NCBI RefSeq assembly: GCF_009914755.1
Contig: NC_060925.1
DNA length: 64,000 nucleotides
DNA from: the human T2T-CHM13v2.0 reference genome, Homo sapiens
Direction: 5' to 3' (one strand)
Below the pieces are notes generated by a model. The model saw only the letters and a program-made list of their open reading frames with translations. It did not search any database and was not told the DNA's origin. Below, piece by piece: positions 24,573 through 37,861 of this stretch. The stretch's first letter is position 1. Each line of letters opens with the position of its first letter. Both the position numbers and the translations under genes were made by a program.

Positions 24573-26747
24573 TTTTTTTTTTGTACTATGAAAGTTTTAT
24601 TTATGCCCCATTAAGTCAAAAGTAAATTATAGTAAGCTAATGACCTGCATATTTTCATATGGATGAATGTCAGTATATCTAAATAGGAAATAAATGGCGA
24701 TCCTATCTACCTATATAAAAAAAATAGAATATCTTTCCAGATTTTGCATACTCCTCACTGTAAGAAGAGGTATGCAGGTTTTAAGGTTTCACAATCAGTT
24801 GTCAGAAAAACAGCACTTATGCCTGCAGTATCTCGTTAGCATCTGACTCAATTATTTTTAGATTACATTGTTTAGAAGACATTGTAAACCCATCTAAAAC
24901 TTTGTAATTATTTTGAGATGGTTCCAATGTTAACCCTAGAATCATCATCAGAAAGAGTAACAATGTGATGTAGAAGAACAGCTAATCGACATGACTAAAA
25001 ATATGCTCATTTTCAGAAAAACAATCTGGTCATCTGGAAACAATCACAGCTACAACCTAGGGAACACTCCCATGTGGGATACTGATCTGGCCAAGGCACA
25101 CTTTCTAAGCAGGAAAACTATCAGATCAGGGTGAATTTAGGCCACTTCAGAGGTGCTGCCTATAAACATCCAGACAGACCTTCTTAGGCAGCAGAACTGG
25201 TCCCATTCCTCTCAAAGCAGTTTGACACTACCCTACCCACATCAACCCAAAGCTTGACATTAAGTCAAAAGAGCATATTGGAGCAAAAGTGAACAGATGT
25301 GTAAACTCTAGCACATTCTTATTGCTGTATTAAGTCTGAAGATGAGCACATCCTACCCACAACAGTATTGTTCCAGGAAGCAGGGTAGGAGTAGTGGTAA
25401 ATTAGAAAATAGACTATTAATTGCACAATTAATAGAAAAGTAAAAACATGTTTCAAAATCTACAATAAACCTGTATCCCAAGGAGTCCTATACGTCAGTG
25501 ATGTGCTGGACTCTGAATTCTGTGGTACAGCTTTGCATTGGACTCCGTCCGGCCTACTGGTCTGGGTACGGCTTGCTTCCTGCCTGTTGAAGGGTGAATA
25601 TGCTACACAGAGCTATGATGGTTTCTACTGAGTGGTAAAATTCACAGAAGTTCCAGGTTCATCATGTCAGGATCATTCCTTGTGCAAAGTTTGATGTAGA
25701 TGAAGATAAAGTGGTTTCTTGGTCAATAATTGCAATTTCTTTCTTTTAAAGTCAGTGGGTTTCTTGTATAGTTCTATTACAATTGGCCCAGGTTTAATTT
25801 CATCCATCTCCATGAAAGCAAAACACTTGGTGCTGGTAAACCTTTTTTTAGGCTTGTAGGGTTTGAATTCAAAGAAGATAGCTGCACCTTTGGTTAATTT
25901 TTCAACATGCTTCTGGAGCTCAATGTCCACATTAAAATGAACATATGTATCTTCTTTTCTTGAAGCCACAGGAGTATCTTGCACAGGAGTTAAGTCTATG
26001 CCATTCAGATCCTTTACACTAACTGTAATATAGGGATCGATGCACTGCCCAGCATCTTTCAAACCAATTTTCGCAATTCTGATAGTGAGTAATGTCATTC
26101 CTGATTCCGATGGCAACCTTGGTAATAAAGTACCGGGAACTCTAGCAGGAAAAGAATCAGGAGACCCTGCTCCAGCACCACCCTCTTCTTCATCTTCTTC
26201 AAATTCCAAATTCTCTTCTTCACCAGGTGCCAAAATTCTTCTTAATGGGACAGGCTGAACATCAAATGGGAATTCTTTATTATATGTAAGAATATTCTTT
26301 AGGATTGGTTCTAGCTTCTTCAGGTCCTCCAGTTTAAATTCTTCTTGAGACTGTGTGGACTGTAAAGCTGCACTTCGCAATTCCAAGCATGTTGCAATTT
26401 TGCCTATGGTTTTCTTTTGTTCTTCTGTGAATTCAGAATTATTGTGTTGAGCTTGGGCCTCCTTTTGTAGATGTCTTGCTAATATCTGATACTCGTCTAT
26501 CGCCTCCACCAGCTGGCCCCAAGAGTCGAAGTCGGCGCCTCTCCTAAAACTGGCGCCCCAGCGCTGCAGCAGACTCCGGGTCACCTCCGACATGGCCGGT
26601 CCCCACCCCGTCCCCTCCCGCCCCTACCCCAGCAAGGCCGGGTTCTAGGGCGCCATCCTCCCCCGGCCTGGCCCCGACATTAACAGGGCCAGGAGGAACC
26701 GCTACGGCCACCACCGCCACCCGCCGAGGAGCCGCCCAAGCCCATTT
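24573..26747 (-). pseudogene. Processed retrocopy of AIDA mRNA (5'UTR, intronless CDS, ~1.09 kb 3'UTR, poly(A)), antisense within a MIGA1 intron
   Basis: Poly(T) at 24569-24582; AATAAA on the - strand at 24596-24601; TSD tgcataaatgtttt at 24559-24572 and 26748-26761; intronless AIDA coding sequence; GC/CpG-rich 5'UTR at 26594-26745. Confidence 0.95.
25673..26593 (-). CDS. AIDA: Intact 306-aa ORF of the AIDA retrocopy (axin interactor, dorsalization associated; N-terminal helical domain plus C2 domain). This is a retrocopy, not the parental locus; translation is unproven
   Basis: ORF MSEVTRSLLQRWGASFRRGADFDSWGQLVEA...LHQTLHKE is full length with no stops or frameshifts; start context GCCATGT. 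Confidence 0.85.
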   Translation of the reverse strand: MSEVTRSLLQRWGASFRRGADFDSWGQLVEAIDEYQILARHLQKEAQAQHNNSEFTEEQKKTIGKIATCLELRSAALQSTQSQEEFKLEDLKKLEPILKNILTYNKEFPFDVQPVPLRRILAPGEEENLEFEEDEEEGGAGAGSPDSFPARVPGTLLPRLPSESGMTLLTIRIAKIGLKDAGQCIDPYITVSVKDLNGIDLTPVQDTPVASRKEDTYVHFNVDIELQKHVEKLTKGAAIFFEFKPYKPKKRFTSTKCFAFMEMDEIKPGPIVIELYKKPTDFKRKKLQLLTKKPLYLHLHQTLHKE

Positions 26748-28545
26748 TGCATAAATGTTTTATGAGGAAGATTCAAAAGCTATTTTTTGCTACAGAAAAT
26801 CAAACAAGAAGGAAAGGCCTGCATTTCATTTTAAGAAATTTTAGGCCAGGTGTGGTGGCTCACACCTGTAATCCCATAACTTAGGGAGGCTGTGGTGGGA
26901 GGATTGCTTGAGCCCAGGAGTTTGAGACCAGCCTAGGTAACATAGTGAAACCTCATCTCTACAAATAAATAAATAAATACATTTAAAAAAATAAAAGAGG
27001 CTGGGTGGGGTGGCTCACGCCTGTAATCCCAGCACTTTGGAAGGCTGAGGCTGGTGGATCACCTGAGGTCAGGAGTTCGAGACCAGTGTGGCCAGCATGG
27101 TGAAACCCCATCTCTACTAAAAATACAAAAATTAGCTGGGCATGGTGGTACATGTCTGTAATCCCAGTTACTTGGGAGGCTGAGGTAGGAGGTTGCAGTG
27201 AGCCGAGATGGTGCCACTGCTCTCCAGCCTGGGCAACAGAGTGAGACTCTGTCTCAATAAATAAATAAATAAATAAATGAATAACAAATAAATACGAAAT
27301 TGTATTCATTTAGGATTGTAGGTTCTATAGGTAATTGAAGAAATGACTTGAGAGGAGAGGTATTTTTTAGCTACCATATCTTAAAAACATCAAGAGAATG
27401 ACTTGCCCAGATTCTTAAACAGCTTTTAAAGATCTTTTTCTTTAATATTTAACATCTTAAAAATACTTTAAAAGTTGAAGTTTTAAACTATTTTTGTTTT
27501 GTTTGAAGTGCATAGTTATTTTTGTAAGCCTTGTTTTTTAATTTGGAGAAAAGGAATCACATGTTCATTTTTTTTTCACACAAAGCTTTCTCTCAGCAAG
27601 GAAAGGAAATTCCTACTTGGACTATAACTAACTTTTGATGGGTTCATTCAGTATCTTGCAGATTTTTAACTCTGGCCCACCAATTTATCCAAATCCGCCT
27701 GTTGGGATCATAGTGGTTCAGGACACCCTTTAAGGGACAAAAGGTGGAAAAGGCTTTTATTTTAGACTTCTATATTATTATCTTTTCTTCAGCTTTACTT
27801 TCTTTTTTTTGAGACAGAGTCTTGCTCTGTCACCTAGGCTGGAGTACAGTGGTGCAATCTCGGCTCACTGCAACCTCTGCCTCCCAGGTTCAAGCCGATT
27901 CTCCCGCATCAGCCTCCTGAGTAGCCATGATTACAGGCACGTATCACCACACCTGGCTGCTTTTTGTATTTTTAGTAGAGATGGGGTTTTACCATGTTGG
28001 CCAGGCTGGTCTCGAACTCCTGACCTCAGGTGATCCACCCACCTCGGGCTCCCAAAGTGCTGGGATTACAGTCATGAGCCACCGCGCCGGGCCATCTTCA
28101 GCTTTACTTTGTTCTTCTGAGAACTTATAAACCCGGTAGCTTTTTGTAAACTGGTTTCTTCTATCTTCCCATTAGTTTTCCTTTTAATTTACAGGGATAT
28201 TTTGAAACATAGTTGTGTGGCTATAAAAAATAGCTATTACTGTGGAACTTCTGATGAATTCATTATATTCTTTTAGAAAAATTCTGAGCACCATATACAT
28301 TTGTGTTATATTTTTAAAGAAATGAAAACATATTGGCCATTTTGTCTCTGATTTTTGGTTAACTGGAACCATAGGCTGAGAATGTATTGGGAAACTAAGA
28401 TTCTGTCATGAAATGATGTATGATTCTTTAGTGTCAAAATTAGACTGTGACATCAGTGATAATGTATGAAAACATTTCAGGCCCCAATAATTTTATTTTG
28501 GCATTGATTTTGCTCAGTTAAAATTGTTCTGTTCTTAATTTTTAG

Positions 28546-28679
28546 GTATGGAATTGTTTGAAGAGGCATTGCGTCGATGGGAACAAGCTCTGACCTTTCG
28601 CAATAGACAGGCTGAAGATGAAGCCTGTGGTTCCATTAAACTGGGTGCAGGAGATGCCATTGCTGAAGAAAATGTAGAT
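28546..28679 (+). CDS. MIGA1: MIGA1 internal coding exon (GMELFEEALRRWEQALTFRNRQAEDEACGSIKLGAGDAIAEENVD)
   Basis: Acceptor tttttag|GT and donor GAT|gtaagg; 134 nt, phase 1 to 0; matches ORF 28548..28832. Confidence 0.95.
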
Positions 28680-29485
28680 GTAAGGGTGATTGATTTGAGT
28701 GGTCTTCATAATATTAGAAGAATCAAACTTTTTTTTTGTTTTTTTGGTAGAGGTAGGGTCTCACTGTTGTTACCCAGGCTGAGTCTTGAACTCCTGGGCT
28801 CAAGCGATCTTCCCGCCTTGTCCTCTGAGTAATTAGGACTATAGGGATGCACCACCATGCCAGGCTAATTTTAAATTTTTTGTAAAGATGGTGTCTCACT
28901 ATGTTGCCCAGGCTGGTCTCGAACTCCTGGCCTCAGGCAGCACTTTCACTTTGGCCTCCCAGAGTGCTGGGGATTATAGGCATGAGCCAAGGTGCTGACC
29001 CAAAGTATTTTTTAATGTTGATTCAGTGTATTTGCTTTATGTGCATTTAATAGAACTGTTTTTTTCTTCTTCCTTGGGACAATGTGGGGTATTTCTTATT
29101 AGTCTTTTTCTATCCAGGTAGTTGTTAAATGCCAGATTTACCATTCATCAAGTTTATTGACTTTCCCAGGATATGCAAAATAAGCAGATTGATTTCTAAA
29201 GGATTTTTTTTTAAAGAAATGGGGTCTTGCTATGTTGCCCAGGTTGGAGTACAGTGGTTGTTCATAGGAACAATCATAGTACACTATACCCCAGAACTCC
29301 TGGGCTCAATCAATTCTTCTGCCTCAGTCTCCCAAGCAGCTGGGACTGCAGGCACATTCTACCTTGTCTGGCTTGGAATTTTTTAAAGTTTGATTTGTGC
29401 TTTGGGATTAATTAAGTGCCATTATGTTCATTAAAATCACATAAAGGTGTAGAGCTAGACTAGTCCTTATTGATTATTTAGTTAA

Positions 29486-29675
29486 GCTAGTGGTTCTCAA
29501 ACTTGAGAATGCATAAGAATCACCTAGAGGACTTGTTAAAACACAGATTTGGAGGCCCTACCCCATGGGTTTCTCATTGACTAGGACTGGGGTGGATCCT
29601 AAGAATTTGCATTTCTACCAAGTTCTTGGGTGATAATGAAGCTGCTGGCTCAAGGACCTTACTTTGAGAACTGCC
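29486..29675. mobile_element. MER5A (hAT-Charlie) MITE
   Basis: tagtggttctcaaactt...gaatcacctagagg...actttgagaactg quasi-palindrome. Confidence 0.8.
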
Positions 29676-29919
29676 AATCTAGTCTAACTCCTTAATTTTA
29701 TAGGTAAAGAAACTGAATCACTAAGAACTAAGGTAATTTTGCCAAAGACACAGCTAGAACCCAGGCCTCTTGACTTCTGCTGCTGTACTCTTTCCACCAT
29801 CTCTCAGTTGTTTTTTTATATTACTCACTTTCTTTGCCTTTTATTTAAAAGTGGGAAAAATATTTAGAATTTTAACATTAGAATTTAATTTGTTCTGTGT
29901 ACTTTTTCTCTCCTTGTAG

Positions 29920-30043
29920 GATATTATTAGTACTGAATTTATCCATAAACTCGAAGCTCTGCTGCAAAGAGCCTATCGTCTCCAAGAGGAGTTTGAAGCT
30001 ACCCTTGGGGCATCTGATCCTAATTCCCTTGCTGATGATATTG
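29920..30043 (+). CDS. MIGA1: MIGA1 internal coding exon (DIISTEFIHKLEALLQRAYRLQEEFEATLGASDPNSLADDI)
   Basis: Acceptor ctccttgtag|GAT and donor TTG|gtaaga; 124 nt, phase 0 to 1. Confidence 0.95.
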
Positions 30044-30461
30044 GTAAGATGGATATTTCATATGGCTTTTATGAAATGTTTACTTTTCTTTTATATCCTT
30101 GGAATCATCTGCATAAGTGTCTGTCTTACGTAATAATAGGTTACTTAAAAAAAAATAAACTAGCCAAGAGAAAAAATTTTTATCATATTTCTTTTTTCTT
30201 TCAGTTTTAATTTTCAAATGAACTAATGCCCTTAAGATACAAATTCAAGTACTTATCATAGGCAGGCTGTGACATTATTTTAAAATATATTGTGGGTGAA
30301 AAAATCTAGTTAAGAGTGTTGGAGGGAGAAAAGAATAAAAATACACAAATGGGACAGACTCAGCACTTCAGAAATATGCATATAATATTACTTAAAATAC
30401 TTTAAAGAATTATGTATGTTGGGACCCACTTTAATCGCAGGATAGCTGTTGATGTAAATAG

Positions 30462-30737
<276 letters not shown>

Positions 30738-30740
30738 TGA

Positions 30741-30992
<252 letters not shown>

Positions 30993-32084
30993 TGATCCTC
31001 CCACCTCAGCCTCCCAAAGTGCTGGGATTACAGGCGTGGACCACCATGCCTGGCCAAGGTGAGGTTCTTGAATGAAGTCTTGGAAGAAAGGAATGATTAA
31101 AGTTGCTTCTTCAACTTCTATAAATGCCCCCAAAGAAAGAAAGAAGACAAAATTACATGGTTTTTTTGGTCAAAAATAATTTAAGTCTTTTTTAGTATGA
31201 AGAGGATTATTATTTTCCAATTAAAATAAAAGCTAAGGAGTTTTAACTTTTTCCACATTAGTACTGAAAGCAGCTGAACTTTGAGATATTTATATCTATG
31301 CATTTTGAGTTTAGGTAAAAGATTTTGTTTGTATTAGAATTATGAATTACTGTGTATATGTCATAAGGTTATATGAAATCTCTTTGGTCTCTGCTTTGTC
31401 GTACTATTATTGTCACCAAACATTATTTATTAGACTTGAGTGTTTTTTAATAGCTTCTCTGCTATTAGCATAGGCATAATGTTTTGACATAGCTAGGAGA
31501 TTACAGTCTAGAAAAAAAGTAGGCAGTATTCGTATCAACAAATATAATTTGTCAAAGCTTTATATTAATTTTTTCTACAGTTTCTTTTGTAACTTTAATT
31601 AGAACGTCATTTGTGATACTAAGTAGGAGAAAGAACCGAGAAAAGAAATTTTTTAAAACCTCAAATGTAGAATAAGAATGGAACAACTAGAAAAGTTAGA
31701 AAAATGGTGAAGTGGCACGGAATGCCACAGAGAAAAGTAAGTAGGAAAAAATTATAAGGAGGAAAGAGGAAGAGGATCCTGGGACTTTTAATGTCTTACT
31801 CTAGGAATGGAGGCTTTGTCTACACTGTCTAATCTTTGGCAGTTTCTTTTAGCCTCATTATAAGGATCTTGTGGATGTGTAGTTCTTGTTCCTTTAGTCT
31901 TGTAATATTCATCGCGGATTTGGTTCTGTTTGGCATGCCTGGGCACATTTTTTCTATATCCTTCTGTAGAGGTTGACTGGGTCCGTCTCTTATTTCTTCA
32001 GGTTAAAAGGATTCCTTGGGTACAGTCTCAGAGGTCTGCTTTAGATTCTTGTTGCTTTTAGACAAGAATACCTCTGGGCATGTG

Positions 32085-32145
32085 GCTTAGTTTTTGGGGT
32101 CTTAGTTTTGGGGGCTTAGTTTTAGGGGCTTAGTTTTGGGGTCTT
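32085..32145 (+). repeat. Minisatellite, 4 copies of a 14-15-bp unit cttagtttt(t/a)gggg
   Basis: Four adjacent copies read directly from the sequence. Confidence 0.85.
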
Positions 32146-32904
32146 CAAGTTGTTTCTGAGGCAACTATTGTTAATCTGGAGCTCTAAATGGATAGGGTGG
32201 GACCCACAATCAGTCCATGCACTTAGTTAGCTTAGGTTTGGAATAAGTTCCTGACCCCACTCATGTTTTAACCTGTGCTGTCACTGCCTACTAGACTGAT
32301 GTGCTTTTCTCTGTAGCCGTCCAGTTCGTTGGCCTCCTGTTGCCCTGGAGATTCCATTTAATGTGAAGCTGTTATATTTTGTTCATTTTGGGGAATTGTT
32401 TGGATATTGCAAGTTTGCATTTTTGAACTTCTGGATCAAAAGAGCTGAATTTATGGCTGAGACTCTGGGAGCAGCTCTTTTACAACTGTTACTTGACATT
32501 GATCAAAATTGCCTAGAAGTCAGTTAACTCTCCTCATTCTTTAAATCCAAAATCATTGTATACATTTAACTTACTGAGAGGCAACTTAAAGTTAATAGTC
32601 ATAAATTAAGATAGTGTAACAAATGCCTTCAGAGGCTCGGGGCGAATGTAAACCAAGTATCTATCTGATGTCAGTGAATACTTCATTGTTTTGGAATCTG
32701 CTTTGTCTAATTTGATGAACTTCATTCTTTTCCCTTAAGAATCTGGTAGGATTTCAAGATTGGAAGATTTTTTTTTTTTTTTTTTTTTTGCAGCAGTCTT
32801 TCTCTGTCACCCAGGCTGGAGTGCAGTGGTGTGATCTCAGCTCACTACAACCTCTGCCTCCTGGACTCAAGCCATCCTCTCACTCCACCCTCCTGAGTAG
32901 CTAG

Positions 32905-33240
<336 letters not shown>

Positions 33241-33601
33241 TAATTTTCATTCAGAATATAACAGTACCTGACCCAGAGAAGACACAAGGATGTACGTGAA
33301 GTGCTTAACAAAGGGCCCACCTAGTACATGGTAACAAACGATAGTGGCTACTAGTTATTAGTAGCTACTATTAACTAGCTTCCCCTAGCTATTAACACAC
33401 AGGGGGAAAGATGAAATTAGATGATGGCTAAGAAGTCTTTCCTGGCTCGACATGGTGGCTCATGACTGCAAACCCAGCATTTTGGGAGACAGATGTGGGA
33501 GGATTGCTTGAGCCCAGGAGTTCAAGACCAGCCTGTATAGTTCGAGACCAGCCTTGTATAGTGAGACCTCATCTCTAGAGGAAACTCTAGATAAAAAATT
33601 A

Positions 33602-33922
<321 letters not shown>

Positions 33923-34041
33923 TCATCTCAATCCCTACAACAACTTTTAGGATATAAATATACCTATCATCCCTATTTTTCAGATGGGGAAAGTGAAGTA
34001 CAGAGGCATTAATAACTTCCCCAGGGTTACACAGCTATTAA

Positions 34042-34316
<275 letters not shown>

Positions 34317-34415
34317 TGAACTCCTGACCTCAGGTGATCCACCCACCTTGGCCTCCCAAAGTGCTGGGATTACAGGGGTGAACCACTGCGCCTGGCCTAT
34401 TCTTTATTTTTTTGA

Positions 34416-34577
<162 letters not shown>

Positions 34578-35649
34578 TAGAGGTGAGGTTTTGCCGTGTT
34601 ACCCAGGCTGGTCTCAAACTCCTTGGCTCAAATGATCCACCCAACTCGGCCTTCCATACTGCTTGGATTACAGGTATGAGCCACTGTGCCCAGTCACACA
34701 GTCCATTCTCTTAATCACCATGCTGTATTGACTTACCACTTATAGGACAGACGTCTTCCTTGAATGGGAGGATTAACTGTGAACTTTTTGTGGACAAAGT
34801 ATGCCTATACCCAAAATTCCCTGTAGGAAAGGTCAGCTTAGAGCAGGCAGCCTGGAAATTCCACAGCTGACAGAGTAAGGAGACTTTTATTTCTGGTGGT
34901 GGTATGCTTTTGTGTAGATCTTTTTTTTTTTTTTTTTTAATTTTTCTTCCTCTATACTCATGTGGTGATCTGTAGTTAGCTCATGTGTCTTTCTTCCTTT
35001 CTCAGGCTTTCTAGGCAGATTTCACACATTTTGTAGAAAGAAATTGTCAAGGTTTAATCCAAGAACAAAAGAGGCAAGCTATGTGAGACAGAGGGCCTGA
35101 CTGTGACCCTGAACTTAGTGTAGTGCTAATGAGTTACTCTGACGGATTATCCTACATCTGTATAATAACTAAAAGTACAGACTGTGGATGCAGACTAACT
35201 GGGTTCAACTCCTGACATTTCCATTTATCTGTGTGATTATAAAACCTGTCTAAGCCTTGGCTTCCTCTTCTGAAAAATTAACATATAGAGTACCAATTTT
35301 ATAAACTGAGGATTAAATGAAAGTTCTAGGAACAGGGTAACAATGTGTATTGGCTCGGAATTTGGAACTTCTCTAGGACACTCAGGAAGACCATCATTTT
35401 ACCTCTAGAATCTTAGGCTGTCGTTTTTGTTGTTGTTGTTGTTCTTATTCTACCTTTCTGATCCTGTATTTGCCAATTTCAAGACGTTCTTTAAAATTTC
35501 TGGTCCACTGATATCCTATTCATGTTTTCCAGTGATGCTATACTTTACTCCATTAAAAAAAATTTCTTCTGTCCTTCTCAATGGGCCTTTGGGAGGAAAG
35601 AGAAGTACCTTCTTGAACTAGAAGGTAATTTGCCTACCATGTTGAACTA

Positions 35650-36000
<351 letters not shown>

Positions 36001-36739
36001 TTACATTGGCTTTTGGTGAACTTATGGTTAACTAAAATTTCTAAGTTCTTTGTTATTGTTAGTTTCTTACCATTAAGCCACATCTTCCCTCATTTATTCC
36101 TGTGCAGTTGTTCTTTTGGACCAAGGGTATAGGTACTGTATTTATTATTCTTACTAAATTGTTAGTTCTGAGTCATCATTCTGAATTGTTAAATAGTTTT
36201 AGATTTTTTTTTTTTTTTTTGAGATGGAATTTCGCTCTTGTTGCGCAGGCTGGAGAACAATGGTACGATCTCATCTCAGCTCACCGCAATCTCTGCCTCC
36301 TGGGTTCAAGCGATTCTCTTGCCTCAGCCTCCTGAGTAGTTGGGATTACAGGCATGCACCACCATGCCTGGCTAATTTTGTATTTTTAGTAGAGACAGGG
36401 TTTCTCCATGTTGGTCAGGTTGCTCTTGAGCTCCCACCTCAGGTGATCCGCCCGCCTCCGCCCCCCAAAGTGCTGGGATTACAGTTGTGAGCCACCGCGC
36501 CTGGCCAAATAGTTTTAGATTTTGATTTGACATCTAACGTATTAATTATTCTTCTCAACTTTGTATCATTCTCTAATTTGGTTAGTTTTGTATAGTTGGT
36601 AATGAGTGCTGTCATTGAAATCATTAATAAAAATTGCTAAAATGGATAGTGTCAGAGTCAGAGACCTGAGGCATGACACTGTCAAATTTCCTTAGGTCAC
36701 AAATAATTATTAAGATACTTTGTAAGCTTCAGTTATTCA

Positions 36740-37015
36740 AGATGAATAAATTCTGGAGATCTAATGTATAGCATGGTGACAGTAGTTAATAATACTGTGT
36801 TGCATATTTGAAGTTTGCTAAAAGGCTAGAACTTAAATCTTACCTTACACACCACACACACACATACACACACAATCACTCTATAGAGGTGGTAGATACA
36901 TTAATTAGCTTGATTTTGGTGGTCATTTCACATTGTATACATATAAAAAAAAATCGTACACCTTAAATATATACAGTTTTGTATGTCAGTAATAGCTCAT
37001 AAAGCTGTTAAAAAA
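36740..37015 (+). mobile_element. L1MB-type 3' end
   Basis: gatgaataaattctggagatctaatgtatagcatggtgac...gtacaccttaaatatataca. Confidence 0.75.
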
Positions 37016-37690
37016 AACACTTTGTTCAACCAGCTATGAATTCAGCTTATTCTGTTTTTACGTTTTTCATCTTGATTATAAAGAGACCATGGGGCCGGGC
37101 ACAGTAACTCACACCTGTAGCCCTAGTTCCTCAGGAGGCTGAGGCAGGAGCTTCACTTGAGCTCAGAAGTTCGAGGCTGTAGTGAGCTATGTTGGTACCT
37201 ATGCACTCTAGCCTGGGTGGCAGAGTGAGATCCTGTCTCTAGAGAAAAAAAGAGTGAGAGAGATCATGGGATACTTTTTTGTATATCATAACAAAATGTT
37301 AACTGGGAATTTAGGAAAATACAGAATTTTTTTGAAAAAGAGGCTGATATTAATTAACACTATTTGGAAATATTGCTGAGGCTGAGTTTTTTGCAGCTAG
37401 GGATTTGCCATCAAATGTTCATAGCTGGTTCTATACTCACTTGCAAATCATTTTAGTATTGGAAGGCTAATGTGTCAGATTTTATTTACTTTAGAAGAGC
37501 CTTAGCAAAATTTATTTTACTAATTTGGAATTCAAAATTTAAATAAGGATTCTACTTATTATACATTTGTACTATTTATAGAAGAGTAGTTTGCCAACTT
37601 AACATTATGGATAAGATTATAGGCGGACTGTTTAAATCCTTTCAGCATGTTTTTTTTTTTTTTTTTTTTTTTTCCGAGACAGAGTCTTGA

Positions 37691-37861
<171 letters not shown>

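Noticed and set aside
26040-26258. 72-aa plus-strand ORF
   Set aside because: Antisense shadow of the AIDA CDS.
25673-26593. Possibility that this is the true AIDA gene
   Set aside because: It is intronless with a genomic poly(A) and TSD inside a MIGA1 intron; parental AIDA is multi-exon and lies elsewhere.
31620-32450. Unique-looking stretch that might be an unannotated exon or retroelement remnant
   Set aside because: No sustained ORF, no convincing splice-site pair and no recognisable family; MIGA1 phases already join 30043 to 58128 without it.
33341-33371. Imperfect 13-bp hairpin; also micro-duplications at ~15429-15462, 17894-17920, 57738-57759 and inside Alus (2871-2902, 33520-33562)
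   Set aside because: Short slippage products that are common in AT-rich introns.
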